DNA of 64,000 bases from contig JAZIGN010000003.1 in assembly GCA_036679065.1 (NCBI GenBank), positions 480,001-544,000 of the forward strand, given 5' to 3'. The notes beneath the pieces are model-generated. The model was given only the letters and a program-made list of their open reading frames with translations, had not been told where the DNA came from and did no database searches. Positions 42,590 to 52,454 of this stretch are shown in pieces. This DNA is from Coprothermobacterota bacterium (GTDB lineage Bacteria; Coprothermobacterota; Coprothermobacteria; Coprothermobacterales; Coprothermobacteraceae). Positions within the stretch are counted from its first letter, which is position 1. Every line of letters begins with the position of its first letter. Made by a program: the position numbers and the translations under genes.

Positions 42590-43338
42590 AGGTTGCCACT
42601 TTTAATGTAAATGGTATAAGAGCGCGTCTAGATTCTATCTCTGAGCTTATGCAGATGGAAGCTCCTGATGTATTGTGTTTGCAGGAGATAAAGTGCGAAA
42701 ACGATCTCTTCCCATACGATTTTTTCAAGGATTATCAGTGCTATGTTAATGGACAAAAGGCTTACAACGGCGTATCTATTTGTTCCCGCAAGGAAGGCGT
42801 CCCTGTGGGTGTTCTTGAAGGGGTAGAAAGTCGAACGTTGGGTCTAGTTTTAGGCGACATTTTAATAGTGAATGTTTACGCGCCCCATGGTGACCTGCGT
42901 GGCTCCCCAAGGTTTTTCCAAAAAATCCAGTGGTACAAAGCGTTCTCAAAGCGTATGGAGGAGCTTTTACGCAGATATCCGAAGGTTCTAATTGTAGGGG
43001 ATTTTAATATTGCTCTAGAGGACAATGATGTATGGGACCCCATTCTCTTGAAAGATACAGTAGGAACTTTTCCTGAAGAAAGGGAAGCGTTAAAAGCTCT
43101 TTTGTCAGTAGGCTTTGTTGATGTCTTTATGGCGCTTTATCCAAAGAAAGTACAGTTTACGTGGTGGGATTACAGGCAAGGTAGAATATGGAAAAACCAA
43201 GGTATGCGTATCGACTATGTGTTTTCTAGTGAAACACTTATGCCCTCAATTGAGGACGTCTACGTGGTTGAAGAAATAAGGAAGAGACGTAACCCGAAGC
43301 CTTCAGATCATGCTCCCGTCGTATGCGTTGTGAAATAG
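42586..43338 (+). CDS. xth: Exodeoxyribonuclease III
   Basis: TFNVNGIRAR, LCLQEIK, YNGV, GDFNIA, FTWWDYR, RIDY, SDHAPV. Confidence 0.95.
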   Translation: MKVATFNVNGIRARLDSISELMQMEAPDVLCLQEIKCENDLFPYDFFKDYQCYVNGQKAYNGVSICSRKEGVPVGVLEGVESRTLGLVLGDILIVNVYAPHGDLRGSPRFFQKIQWYKAFSKRMEELLRRYPKVLIVGDFNIALEDNDVWDPILLKDTVGTFPEEREALKALLSVGFVDVFMALYPKKVQFTWWDYRQGRIWKNQGMRIDYVFSSETLMPSIEDVYVVEEIRKRRNPKPSDHAPVVCVVK

Positions 43339-43444
43339 TATAACAATGTCGACAATGTACTTGCTCTAAAAAAAAGCAGAACAATTCTTATTGGACTCTT
43401 CAGAAATACTCGTGTGTATTTTTGGGTACCACCGTGTAGAACGG

Positions 43445-44593
43445 CTAATCTACGTGTTTAAACTTTTCACGGCCTACGCCTTTGTGTTTTGCGTAAAAAA
43501 GGCTTGCCATGAGAGCTGTTAAAGGTATTGTCAGAATGAGGCCAGCTGAAGCTGAAAGTGCTCTAACCACATCTCCCACAAAAAACTCTCCTGTAATGTA
43601 CTTAAAAGCGGTATTCTCTCCAGAACTGTATAAATACACCAGGAGCCCTAACTCGGAACCGGCATAGGCGAAGATGAGTGTGTTGACCATCGTACCGATC
43701 ATGTCTCGCCCGATACGGGTCAAGCTGGAGAAAAGTGCCAAGAATTTTATATCAGGATTTTGCAGTTTAATTTCTCTAGCAGCGGAAACAATAGAAACTG
43801 CTACATCCATGACTGCGCCGAGTGCTGCTATCATGATCGCACTAAAAAACAGAGTTAAAGCGTTAACATTTTTCAATGCAGAAAACTGAAAGAAAGAGAA
43901 GATCTCGGATGTAATACCGTGAATGGAAGTCATCTTTGCTGCCATAAGCCCAAACACATAAGCACTTACTACGCCTAAAACTGTACCAGCACTGGAGAGC
44001 ATGATTTTATCCAAGCTGTCCATAACCAAGGTTATAGTAGCCACTGTGCCCACAATGACTGTTAGGATTCCAACTACTAATGGATTTTCGCCGTGAGCAA
44101 TCATTGGAATAGACATTTTCCACATAAACAATCCGGTTAAAAACAACCCTAGCAAAGCATCCAAGCCTTTAAGATGAGCAATCAAGAGCACTATCAAGGA
44201 AAAGATCAATACAGTTGAGATGGTTCCAGAAAGTCTGTCTAAGTCTTGAATGTATGCATCAGTTACCTTTCCGTTGTCCATGATTACATAAACAAATACC
44301 TTATCTCCTGGCGAGACTAAGAATGATCCATACATGGAGCTTTCGTAAATGTTCTGCGCATATATAACCTGCCCCTTTAAAGGTCCCTCGGAGATTTTCA
44401 CGGAAACAAGTTGCACTGTACTGGATTCTTGCGGCAGTACTTGTACAACCGCTTCCACAGAGCCCCTGTAGAAAGCTTCTTGTTGCTCATCAGCGGTGAC
44501 GGATCCTGACGTACTAAAAGATGGCGCTTGCCAAAGAAGTACGATTAAAACTATGGCGATTATGCGCTTTATCCAGGGTATTAATCTGCTCAT
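43445..44593 (-). CDS. YibE/F-family membrane protein
   Basis: ALGAVMDVAVSI, IGRDMIGTMVNTLIFAYAG, GLILTIPLTA. Confidence 0.9.
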   Translation of the reverse strand: MSRLIPWIKRIIAIVLIVLLWQAPSFSTSGSVTADEQQEAFYRGSVEAVVQVLPQESSTVQLVSVKISEGPLKGQVIYAQNIYESSMYGSFLVSPGDKVFVYVIMDNGKVTDAYIQDLDRLSGTISTVLIFSLIVLLIAHLKGLDALLGLFLTGLFMWKMSIPMIAHGENPLVVGILTVIVGTVATITLVMDSLDKIMLSSAGTVLGVVSAYVFGLMAAKMTSIHGITSEIFSFFQFSALKNVNALTLFFSAIMIAALGAVMDVAVSIVSAAREIKLQNPDIKFLALFSSLTRIGRDMIGTMVNTLIFAYAGSELGLLVYLYSSGENTAFKYITGEFFVGDVVRALSASAGLILTIPLTALMASLFYAKHKGVGREKFKHVD

Positions 44594-44687
44594 ACGTGAG
44601 CTATTATAACCCTGTTGGCATTGGCTAATGTTATCATTAATAAAGTAATTGCTGCTTAGTTGTCATACAAAGTTAAGGAGGTAAAAA

Positions 44688-45653
44688 GTGCAATCTTGCA
44701 AACATTTCGCAATTTTCCTGGATCTAGAGAATCTGGCTAAAAGTTTGGAGAAATATGATAAGACCCCCCAAGAGCTTCTACAAAAGATCTTAGATACTTT
44801 TGTTGGTATGGGTAAGATCGATGTGGCAAGGGTTTATACAGGTTGGGGTGTTTTTGCGTCACTCATACCATTTGCCGTGGATATGGGGTATGAAGTGGTA
44901 TTTGTCTATGCTCACAGAAGTGGTAGCGTTGTAAAGAACATGGCAGACATGCAGATAACAGTGGATGCTCTAAAGTTAGGGTATGAGCGGGACAGTATTG
45001 ATGCCTTTGTGTTTGTGTCCGCAGATCGTGATTTCATACCGGTTATTAAGGCTCTTCAGGGCCTGGGTAAAGAAGTAGTAGTCATAGGAGACGAACAAAT
45101 AACGTCGGAAGCGTTAAAGAATACGGCCGACGCTTTTGTGTCACTCAACGAACTTGCGGGCGGATTAAAGAGTTTAAGCAAGAACAGGGCTGGAAAGGAC
45201 TTTGAGAAATTCTTCAAGACCATTGGTGGCATCATCAAGTTTGTTGATTTTATGAACTATGAACTTTCTCCGTCCATTCTAAAGGAACTGCTGACCATGG
45301 TTATGCCTGACTTTACTGAACATGATTGGGGTTACCCCAATTTCAAGGCATTGGTTAAGGACTTAGAGAAAAGAGGTCTGGTTGAAATTGTTGACTCCAG
45401 CAAGATGAAAATGGTACCTACGGCACATATTAAAGAATGTGACTTCGTTGTCCCTGAATTAGATATTCAGCGCGTAAAAGAGAGAATAAGCTCGGAGACT
45501 AGCTTTTCGAAGTTAGTGGAGGAACTTAGAAGCATAGAAAAACAAGGAATACGAGGAGGTAAAGATTACTGGGAAGCTTTGATAAGACTTGGAAACGACC
45601 TTGGTTGGTGGGAAGTCAAACTAGGAGGTGCGGAAGTTGAAAAGTCGGAGTAG
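44688..45653 (+). CDS. NYN (LabA/DUF88) domain protein with OST-HTH/LOTUS domain
   Basis: AIFLDLENL, KNMADMQITVDA, VSADRDF..V.VIG; PDFTEHDWGYPNFKALV. Confidence 0.85.
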   Translation: MQSCKHFAIFLDLENLAKSLEKYDKTPQELLQKILDTFVGMGKIDVARVYTGWGVFASLIPFAVDMGYEVVFVYAHRSGSVVKNMADMQITVDALKLGYERDSIDAFVFVSADRDFIPVIKALQGLGKEVVVIGDEQITSEALKNTADAFVSLNELAGGLKSLSKNRAGKDFEKFFKTIGGIIKFVDFMNYELSPSILKELLTMVMPDFTEHDWGYPNFKALVKDLEKRGLVEIVDSSKMKMVPTAHIKECDFVVPELDIQRVKERISSETSFSKLVEELRSIEKQGIRGGKDYWEALIRLGNDLGWWEVKLGGAEVEKSE

Positions 45654-46485
45654 TAGGAAAAGAAATTCAGGTTTACTTTACATTGTCATTGCTGTCATAG
45701 TTGTTTTGGTAATTAGTTTGACTACATGGTTTTTCTCTGGGCAGAAGACTCCACAGAAGGCGGCCAGAAAATTTGTGGAGGCTTGGGCAAACTATGATCT
45801 TTCAGGTATGACGTCAGCGAGCACAAAGGAAATGAGCGAAGGCATGGTGAATGCTTACTTTCGATCATTCTTGAACTCTTTAGAAAGTATGAGACAGATT
45901 ACTGCTGAAGCTGAAGGAATACCGGTGGCCTCTGTGGAGTATCCGCTTAGGTGGGAGAATTGGAAGCTTGATTACAGTGTGGTGGATGATGGAGTTGTGG
46001 AGGTAAAAGGAACTGTCAACTACATATACAAGGCGTATGAGGAGACCACCACTGTTTCAAGGAACATACACTGGATCGTCACTACCACCAAAGAAGGCTC
46101 GGATTATTTAGTTAGTGGTGTGAAGATCATTGCAGATAATCCCATGGAGGCAGTTTGGACCTTCATGGATGCTCTCATGTCAAGGAACATGTTTTATGTG
46201 GAAAAAACTGTAGCAAACGAGCCTGATGAAGGATTGGCGAACTTTTTAGCCAGTATGGGTCTTGAGTTTACCAGGGGTTATGCTACAAAAGGGCTTTTTC
46301 TCCTGCCGGCCTTGCATGATGCAGACGGGGTAGGAAAGGTTCACGTAAGTTACACCAGAGTTGGCATAGGTGGGACATCATCTCTCACTAGTGACGTTGC
46401 CATAGTAGATGCTACGTTTGATACAGTACGTGAAGGTGACGGCTACGTGGTTAGGGATGTGCAATTTAAAGAAATAGGAGAATGA
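45628..46485 (+). CDS. Membrane-anchored hypothetical protein (NTF2-like/DUF4878-like repeats)
   Basis: Basic N-terminus plus TM helix; two units beginning TPQKAARKFVEAW and NPMEAVWTFMDAL. Confidence 0.6.
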   Translation: MRKLKSRSSRKRNSGLLYIVIAVIVVLVISLTTWFFSGQKTPQKAARKFVEAWANYDLSGMTSASTKEMSEGMVNAYFRSFLNSLESMRQITAEAEGIPVASVEYPLRWENWKLDYSVVDDGVVEVKGTVNYIYKAYEETTTVSRNIHWIVTTTKEGSDYLVSGVKIIADNPMEAVWTFMDALMSRNMFYVEKTVANEPDEGLANFLASMGLEFTRGYATKGLFLLPALHDADGVGKVHVSYTRVGIGGTSSLTSDVAIVDATFDTVREGDGYVVRDVQFKEIGE

Positions 46486-46584
46486 GATTTAAATGTTAAA
46501 ATGTAATGTTGTGTGTTTTTCGAAGTTTTACTTCGTTCGAGTTAGAACAAAAATTCTATGCATAGTTTGAGGAGGTAATGAAAG

Positions 46585-48264
46585 GTGGAACCCCGTGAAG
46601 AGAATTTCAATCAAGAATTCGACGTAGAAATGGCTGAAAGAGGGGATCTCGTAGAAGGTACAGTTTTGCGCGCTGACGTAGATGGATTGTGGTTGGACAT
46701 CGCTAGTAAGTATGATGCTTTTCTCCCACTGGAAGAATGCACTACGGAGTTAGCACGTCAGGTGCAGGAAGGTAACGTGCCAACCAGCGTGGAGGTTGTT
46801 GTTACCAGAACAAATGACGATAAGGGATATATCTCAGTTTCTCAGAAGAGAGCTGCTTACAGGAAACTTTGGAAAGATGTAGAAGAATGGGAAAAGAGTG
46901 GAGAGCCTAGAAAGGTAAAAGCTGTGGGCGCTGATGATAAAGGTGTATTCGTGGACCTTGGTGCTGGAATTCTTGGTTACGTACCCGCATCTCAATTGGA
47001 AATAAGGTTTGTACGCGATACGAAGAAGTACGTGGGACGCTCATTGCGAGTAAAAATACTGCGTGTTAACCGGAAGCGAAATCAGATCATACTTACACAG
47101 CGACAGGTGCTTGAAGAGGAACAAAAGGAACGAGCAGAAAAAGCCTGGTTAAGGCTTAAAGACAGTGACGTCGTACGTGGTCATGTCAGTCGGATTACTG
47201 ACGAGGGCGTTTTTGTAGATTTGGGCGACGGAATTGAGGGTTTCGTACCCAAAGACGAACTTGACTGGAGACCAATCAAGAATATTGCCAAGGTTTTCAG
47301 ACGTGGAGATGTGGTTCGGGCAAAGGTGCTTTCTATGGATGACGAAAAGAAGGAAATGGTGCTCAGCATCAGGCTTGCAACACCCAATCCATGGCAACTC
47401 TTTGCCGAGAAGCATAATGTGGGAGACGTAGTTAATGGGCGCGTACTGCGGTATCTCCGAGGAGGGCTTTTACTGTTGGTTGATCGCGTTACCGGACTGG
47501 TGCCTGCCCAGGAAGTATCGTGGAAACGTGGGGCAAAGGTGGAAGACCTGTATAAAATAGGTGATCACGTAAAAGCGAAAATCTTGAGGTTTGACCCTGA
47601 AGCACAGGACCTTATTTTGAGCGTCAAAGAAGCTCTTGGAGATCCATGGGAAAACGTGGAAAGGGACTTCCCAGTTGGTTCAAAAGCTGAGGGAACTGTA
47701 GTAAATATAACGGACTTTGGCGTTTTTGTGGAATTAGCACCTGGAGTAGAGGGCTTAGTTCCGCGAAGGTATGTCAGCTGGAAGCGGTTTAAGGACATAA
47801 ATGAGGTTGTAAACATAGGTGATCAGGTGGAAGTAGTGGTTCTGGGTATCAACATAGTTGACAGAAAGATTACGTTGTCAATGCGCGACACAAGGCCAGA
47901 CCCTTGGGAAGAAGTGGTGAAGAACATACAGCCAGGACAACTTGTGCGAGGTAAGGTTGTTACCATAATTCCTCAAGGGGTGTTTGTGGAAATTGCTGAT
48001 GGCGTTGAGGGCTTCATACACATTTCACAGCTTTCCATTAGGAGAGTGGACGATCCTCGGGATGCCGTGTCTGAGGGTGATGAGATTGTTGCAAAAGTCA
48101 TCGGTATTGATGAAGAGAGGCGTCGCATTTCATTGTCTGTAAAAGCCATTCACGTGGATAAGGAAAGGGAAGAACTGCAAGATTTTCTGTCTCAACAGGG
48201 TGAAGACAAGTTCACTCTTTCTGATGTGCTGGGCAATTTACTGGGCCGGGAGGTTTCTTTCTGA
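46585..48264 (+). CDS. rpsA: 30S ribosomal protein S1
   Basis: About six S1 repeats (FGVFVELAPGVEGLV, GVFVEIADGVEGFIHISQLS); GGAGG SD. Confidence 0.93.
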   Translation: MEPREENFNQEFDVEMAERGDLVEGTVLRADVDGLWLDIASKYDAFLPLEECTTELARQVQEGNVPTSVEVVVTRTNDDKGYISVSQKRAAYRKLWKDVEEWEKSGEPRKVKAVGADDKGVFVDLGAGILGYVPASQLEIRFVRDTKKYVGRSLRVKILRVNRKRNQIILTQRQVLEEEQKERAEKAWLRLKDSDVVRGHVSRITDEGVFVDLGDGIEGFVPKDELDWRPIKNIAKVFRRGDVVRAKVLSMDDEKKEMVLSIRLATPNPWQLFAEKHNVGDVVNGRVLRYLRGGLLLLVDRVTGLVPAQEVSWKRGAKVEDLYKIGDHVKAKILRFDPEAQDLILSVKEALGDPWENVERDFPVGSKAEGTVVNITDFGVFVELAPGVEGLVPRRYVSWKRFKDINEVVNIGDQVEVVVLGINIVDRKITLSMRDTRPDPWEEVVKNIQPGQLVRGKVVTIIPQGVFVEIADGVEGFIHISQLSIRRVDDPRDAVSEGDEIVAKVIGIDEERRRISLSVKAIHVDKEREELQDFLSQQGEDKFTLSDVLGNLLGREVSF

Positions 48265-48284
48265 AAAGCCAATCGGTAAGCCAG

Positions 48285-48860
48285 ATGTTGGAAAACGTTG
48301 GGGCTTCTGTTGACTGGAAAAAGATCGAACAAATATACGAGAAGTACAATTTACCAGAAAACGTAAGGCATCACATTGAGGCTGTTACTTTAGGTGTTGC
48401 CCGGGTTGTAGAAAAACTGCAGAAGCGGGATGTAACAGTAGACGTTAATTCACTCATACTGGGAGCCCTTCTGCATGACATTGGTCGCAGTGTGACTCAT
48501 GATATCTCTCATGGGGTTATTGGGTCGGCCATTGCCAGAGAAGAAGGGTTCTCAGAAAGAGTTTGTTTATTGATCGAGCGTCATGTAGGTGCTGGCCTTA
48601 CCCTGGAGGAAGCTCGTAGTTTCGGACTGCCAGAGAGGTCTTACATGCCGGAAACGCTTGAAGAAAAGATACTAGCTGCAGTGGACAATTTGGCTTCAGG
48701 AGATGAGCTCATAACTAAGGAAGAGTTTATAAGGGACGTTGAACTTAAGTTTGATAATGGAGAGGTAGCTCGTCGGTTTTTTGCTCTTTATGAAGAAGTA
48801 AGCAATCTACTAGGTGAGGATCTATCGGTTGTGGTACGTGGAGAGAGTTCGCTCGATTAA
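48285..48860 (+). CDS. HDIG/HD-domain protein (TIGR00295-like)
   Basis: LLHDIGRS..HGVIG, IERHVGAG, PETLEEKILAAVDNL. Confidence 0.85.
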   Translation: MLENVGASVDWKKIEQIYEKYNLPENVRHHIEAVTLGVARVVEKLQKRDVTVDVNSLILGALLHDIGRSVTHDISHGVIGSAIAREEGFSERVCLLIERHVGAGLTLEEARSFGLPERSYMPETLEEKILAAVDNLASGDELITKEEFIRDVELKFDNGEVARRFFALYEEVSNLLGEDLSVVVRGESSLD

Positions 48861-49866
48861 GCTTTATAACTTTCGCAACTTACTCAACCAAGAAATAGAA
48901 ATTCCTGATGGTTTAACAGTTCTAATGGGGGAGAACATGCAGGGAAAGACGTCCCTTCTGGAATCTCTGTTTATAGTTTCTACTGGAAGATCCTTCAGGA
49001 CAAGAAACATTGGTGACATAGTGAGATGGGGTGAGAACCAAGCCCAAATCGAGCTTTCGGTAGACGGGGCAAATGTCGTTTTTAGCGTCTCTTTGGAGCC
49101 CAAGACGAGAAGTCTACTCCTCAACGGTGAACGCATCTCCAGCTTAGAAAGTCCTTTAGCGGGAAGGGTACTTTACTACAGTGATGAGTATTTAGATCTG
49201 GTATCCACTCCCTCAGGGACTAGGCGTCTTTTTGACCGACTGCTTGAACTTAGTGACAAAGAAAATATGCGGTTGGCTGCGCAGTACAGGAAATTAGTTG
49301 CTGAGAGAAACTCCATGCTGTCATCAGGTTTCTACAATGAGCCGCTTAATGAAGTACTTTCTGATCGTATTGACACGATTTCTCAGAAATGGAGAGAAAA
49401 GCGACAAGCGTTTTTGCAGCTAGTACAAGCATCTTTGAATTTACGCTTTCCTCAAGTATTTGATAGTAGTTACAGTTTTAAGTTTTCGGTGGAGACTTCT
49501 GACATCAAAAACCTTTCTTTGGAGATGCTGAAGAAAACAACGTTGTTTGGTTTTCAGCGTGACAAAGTTTTGCTGAGTGTTAATAACAAGGAATTAAATA
49601 CTGTCGCATCTAGAGGTTTCTTGAAAATTCTGCTTACCTTTGTTTTTGTAAGAACGGCAGAACTCATTCATGAGAAACAGGGTTACGTTCTTCTTCTTTT
49701 GGATGACTTCAATGCGAACATTGATGAACTCCATTGGAAGAAAGTCCTCGAACTTCTGCCTGAAAGGCATATCATTGCTGCTACTACGAAGACCTGGGAA
49801 AAGGCTGATTTGGGCAGACCATACAGCATATTAGCCTGCGAGCAAGGTAGAGTTTTTCCCATCTAA
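48814..49866 (+). CDS. recF: Divergent RecF-family ATPase
   Basis: LYNFRN, GENMQGKTSLLESL, GRSFRT, RN, G..RD, ASRG, LLLLDD; true start may be GTG 48838. Confidence 0.8.
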   Translation: MRIYRLWYVERVRSIKLYNFRNLLNQEIEIPDGLTVLMGENMQGKTSLLESLFIVSTGRSFRTRNIGDIVRWGENQAQIELSVDGANVVFSVSLEPKTRSLLLNGERISSLESPLAGRVLYYSDEYLDLVSTPSGTRRLFDRLLELSDKENMRLAAQYRKLVAERNSMLSSGFYNEPLNEVLSDRIDTISQKWREKRQAFLQLVQASLNLRFPQVFDSSYSFKFSVETSDIKNLSLEMLKKTTLFGFQRDKVLLSVNNKELNTVASRGFLKILLTFVFVRTAELIHEKQGYVLLLLDDFNANIDELHWKKVLELLPERHIIAATTKTWEKADLGRPYSILACEQGRVFPI

Positions 49867-49967
49867 GTAGGAAAACAAATAGAAACTTGTCAGCGATTTA
49901 ACAATTCTAAAACTACTGTGTGCTATAATCCTTTAGCTTGATTTATCGCTGAGGAGGTGTTAGCACT

Positions 49968-50660
49968 ATGTCATTGCAAATGTGGTCGCTCTTGGTTCTC
50001 TTGACAATTCTCATTTTGATCCTTTGGGTAGTTCTGCCGGTTACGGTGAGTGTGGATCCCGTAGCGGCTGAAACAATTATCATGAGTAAGCCAGCAAAGT
50101 ATTGTGAAATAAGTCTGAATGCCGGAGCATGGACTGGAGAACTTTCTCGAAGTGCTCCTTTCCTAGTAGAAAAGATGGCAATCCAAGCTGGAGCTAGTGC
50201 AACTGTAGCTTTAGCACTTGGAAATGCTTACAGGAACTGTAATCCGAACGAGTTGCCAGCTGAAGTGTTTATCGGTGTGATAAAGACAGAAAGCAATTTC
50301 AATCCCAAAGATGTTTCATATGCTGGAGCAAAGGGGATCATGCAGCTATTACCAAGCACATTTAGAATTTATCTAAAAGCATACCCTTCCCTTTTTAGTA
50401 AAGGTGACATTTTTGACCCTTATGAAAATGCGTGTGCTGGTTTACTCTACCTAAACGACAACTATGAGGCATGGGTCGGGCATGTAAAGGACAGGTCCAA
50501 AGCCATTGATCTAGCAGTTGCCTCTTACCTTACTGGTGTTACCAAGCTTAAGAATTCTGGTTACAGCGGTAGAATTTACGATGGGAACAACTATGTGAGC
50601 AACTACCTGAATAAGGTTAAAACTTACGCAAGGAGTGCCATGCAAGCAACAGCAAGATGA
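49968..50660 (+). CDS. Lytic transglycosylase (SLT domain)
   Basis: VIKTESNFNP..VSYAGAKGIMQLLPST, FDPYEN..G..YL. Confidence 0.9.
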   Translation: MSLQMWSLLVLLTILILILWVVLPVTVSVDPVAAETIIMSKPAKYCEISLNAGAWTGELSRSAPFLVEKMAIQAGASATVALALGNAYRNCNPNELPAEVFIGVIKTESNFNPKDVSYAGAKGIMQLLPSTFRIYLKAYPSLFSKGDIFDPYENACAGLLYLNDNYEAWVGHVKDRSKAIDLAVASYLTGVTKLKNSGYSGRIYDGNNYVSNYLNKVKTYARSAMQATAR

Positions 50661-52444
50661 CGTTGAGAGAATCCATTGAGCAAGCACCGCACAGTCCGGG
50701 TGTTTACCTATTTTATGGGAATTCTGGACAGGTTATTTATGTAGGTAAAGCTAGTGACTTGCACAATCGCCTGGCTGACTACGCTCGTAGCCAGCCAGGC
50801 CAGAAAGAACACCTTATAATGAGCAATGCTTCTAAGGTGAGTTGGATCATAGTTGCCAACGAAAGGCAATCTCTTGAACTGGAAGAAACACTTATAAAAA
50901 AAAATGCTCCACCTTATAACGTTCTTCTCAAGGATGGTAAGGGCTATAGCTATTTACGCATTGACTTAAGCCAGGAATATCCTGCTGTAGAGATTGTACG
51001 CATAAAGCAGAGAAAACCAAAGCCTGGACAATTACTCTTTGGCCCGTTTGTTCCACTTCGTGTGCCTGATATGCCTGGCAAAGTAAGGGGTGACTTGAAG
51101 AACTTAATACAGATAGCTGAAGAGGTTTTTGGTATCAGGTCCTGTAAGGGTCCGCTCAAGCGAAGGACGCGTCCCTGTGTCTATTACGAGATCGGCAGGT
51201 GCTCTGGCCCATGCATAGGCAAGATAAGCCCTGAGGAGTACAAAGATCGCGTTCAGTTGTTCATCAAGTTTCTAAAAGGGGATACGAAAGAGGTTGAGAA
51301 TCGCTTAACTAAGATGATGAAAGAAGAAGCTGAGAATTTGAACTTTGAGAGAGCCGCTGAACTTCGCGATCTTCTTTACACGGTGAAGAGGGTTGGTATG
51401 CAGAGAGAAGCCAACGTCGATGGCAGCGCTGACCTTATTGCCTTTGCATTGAAAGAAGATCAGGCCTCTGGTTTTGTGGTTTCTGTTCGAGATGGCATGA
51501 TAACCAATGTGTTTGGCCTGAAGTATTCTTCAGGAGCCACTATTGAGCCATCGGAAATCATGGAGAGCTTCTTTAGAGACTATGTAAGACTCTATCACGA
51601 GCAAGGCGTACTTGCCTACGTGAATGGCGCTGTAGCTGAAACGCTAAAACCATTAGGATTGTTGCATGGTGTTCGGCTGGAAGCTGTTCCAGATCACTGG
51701 AAGGCTTTGCTAAGGGTTGCTGAAGAGAATGCTGAGAGCATCTTAGAAAGAGATGAAGGGACTGAGAGGGTTAAACGTGGACTACTCAGAATAAAGGAAG
51801 TGTTACGCTTAGAGCATATCCCTACGCGTATTGAGGGATTCGATATGGCCCAACTCTTTGGTTCTGAACGCGTCGGTGGAAAAGTGGCTTACGTTAATGG
51901 TCAATTCTATACACCCTGGTACAGGCACTACCGCATAAAAGGTTCTTACAAAGACGATTTTTCCTTCATGTACGAGGTGGTAATTAGGCGTTTGCAGGAT
52001 GAGAAAACGGGACTGCCTGACCTCATGCTTATTGATGGAGGTAGGCAACATCTCGCGGTTGTTGAGAAAGCCATGGAACAGCTTGGTGTTACTGTACCTG
52101 CAGTTGCCATAGCTAAACCTGATGATAGATTATTTGTGACTTGGAAAGAAGACCCCATATATCTGCCGCCCGAGGATGTCGGGAAACAAATTCTTCAAAG
52201 TATAAGGAATGAGGCTCACCGATGGGTTAATTCATATCATAGGAAATTACGCGAAGATTTTGGCGACATTCTGCTCGGTGTACCTGGCATAGGCAAAGCT
52301 AGACGGCGCAAACTTATAGACACTTTCGGTGGCATGGTAGGCTTGCAAGCTGCTAGCATTGAAGAGCTTACGGTAAAAGGCGGTTTGCCATTTAAGGTTG
52401 CGCAGCAGCTGTACAGAGCGCTACATCCCGAAGATGTGGGGTAA
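50657..52444 (+). CDS. uvrC: Excinuclease ABC subunit C
   Basis: PGVY..IYVGKA (GIY-YIG), PPYNVLLKD, LNFERAAELRD, RIEGFD, LIDGG, IRNEAHR, PGIG. Confidence 0.95.
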   Translation: MTLRESIEQAPHSPGVYLFYGNSGQVIYVGKASDLHNRLADYARSQPGQKEHLIMSNASKVSWIIVANERQSLELEETLIKKNAPPYNVLLKDGKGYSYLRIDLSQEYPAVEIVRIKQRKPKPGQLLFGPFVPLRVPDMPGKVRGDLKNLIQIAEEVFGIRSCKGPLKRRTRPCVYYEIGRCSGPCIGKISPEEYKDRVQLFIKFLKGDTKEVENRLTKMMKEEAENLNFERAAELRDLLYTVKRVGMQREANVDGSADLIAFALKEDQASGFVVSVRDGMITNVFGLKYSSGATIEPSEIMESFFRDYVRLYHEQGVLAYVNGAVAETLKPLGLLHGVRLEAVPDHWKALLRVAEENAESILERDEGTERVKRGLLRIKEVLRLEHIPTRIEGFDMAQLFGSERVGGKVAYVNGQFYTPWYRHYRIKGSYKDDFSFMYEVVIRRLQDEKTGLPDLMLIDGGRQHLAVVEKAMEQLGVTVPAVAIAKPDDRLFVTWKEDPIYLPPEDVGKQILQSIRNEAHRWVNSYHRKLREDFGDILLGVPGIGKARRRKLIDTFGGMVGLQAASIEELTVKGGLPFKVAQQLYRALHPEDVG

Positions 52445-52454
52445 AATTTAACCC

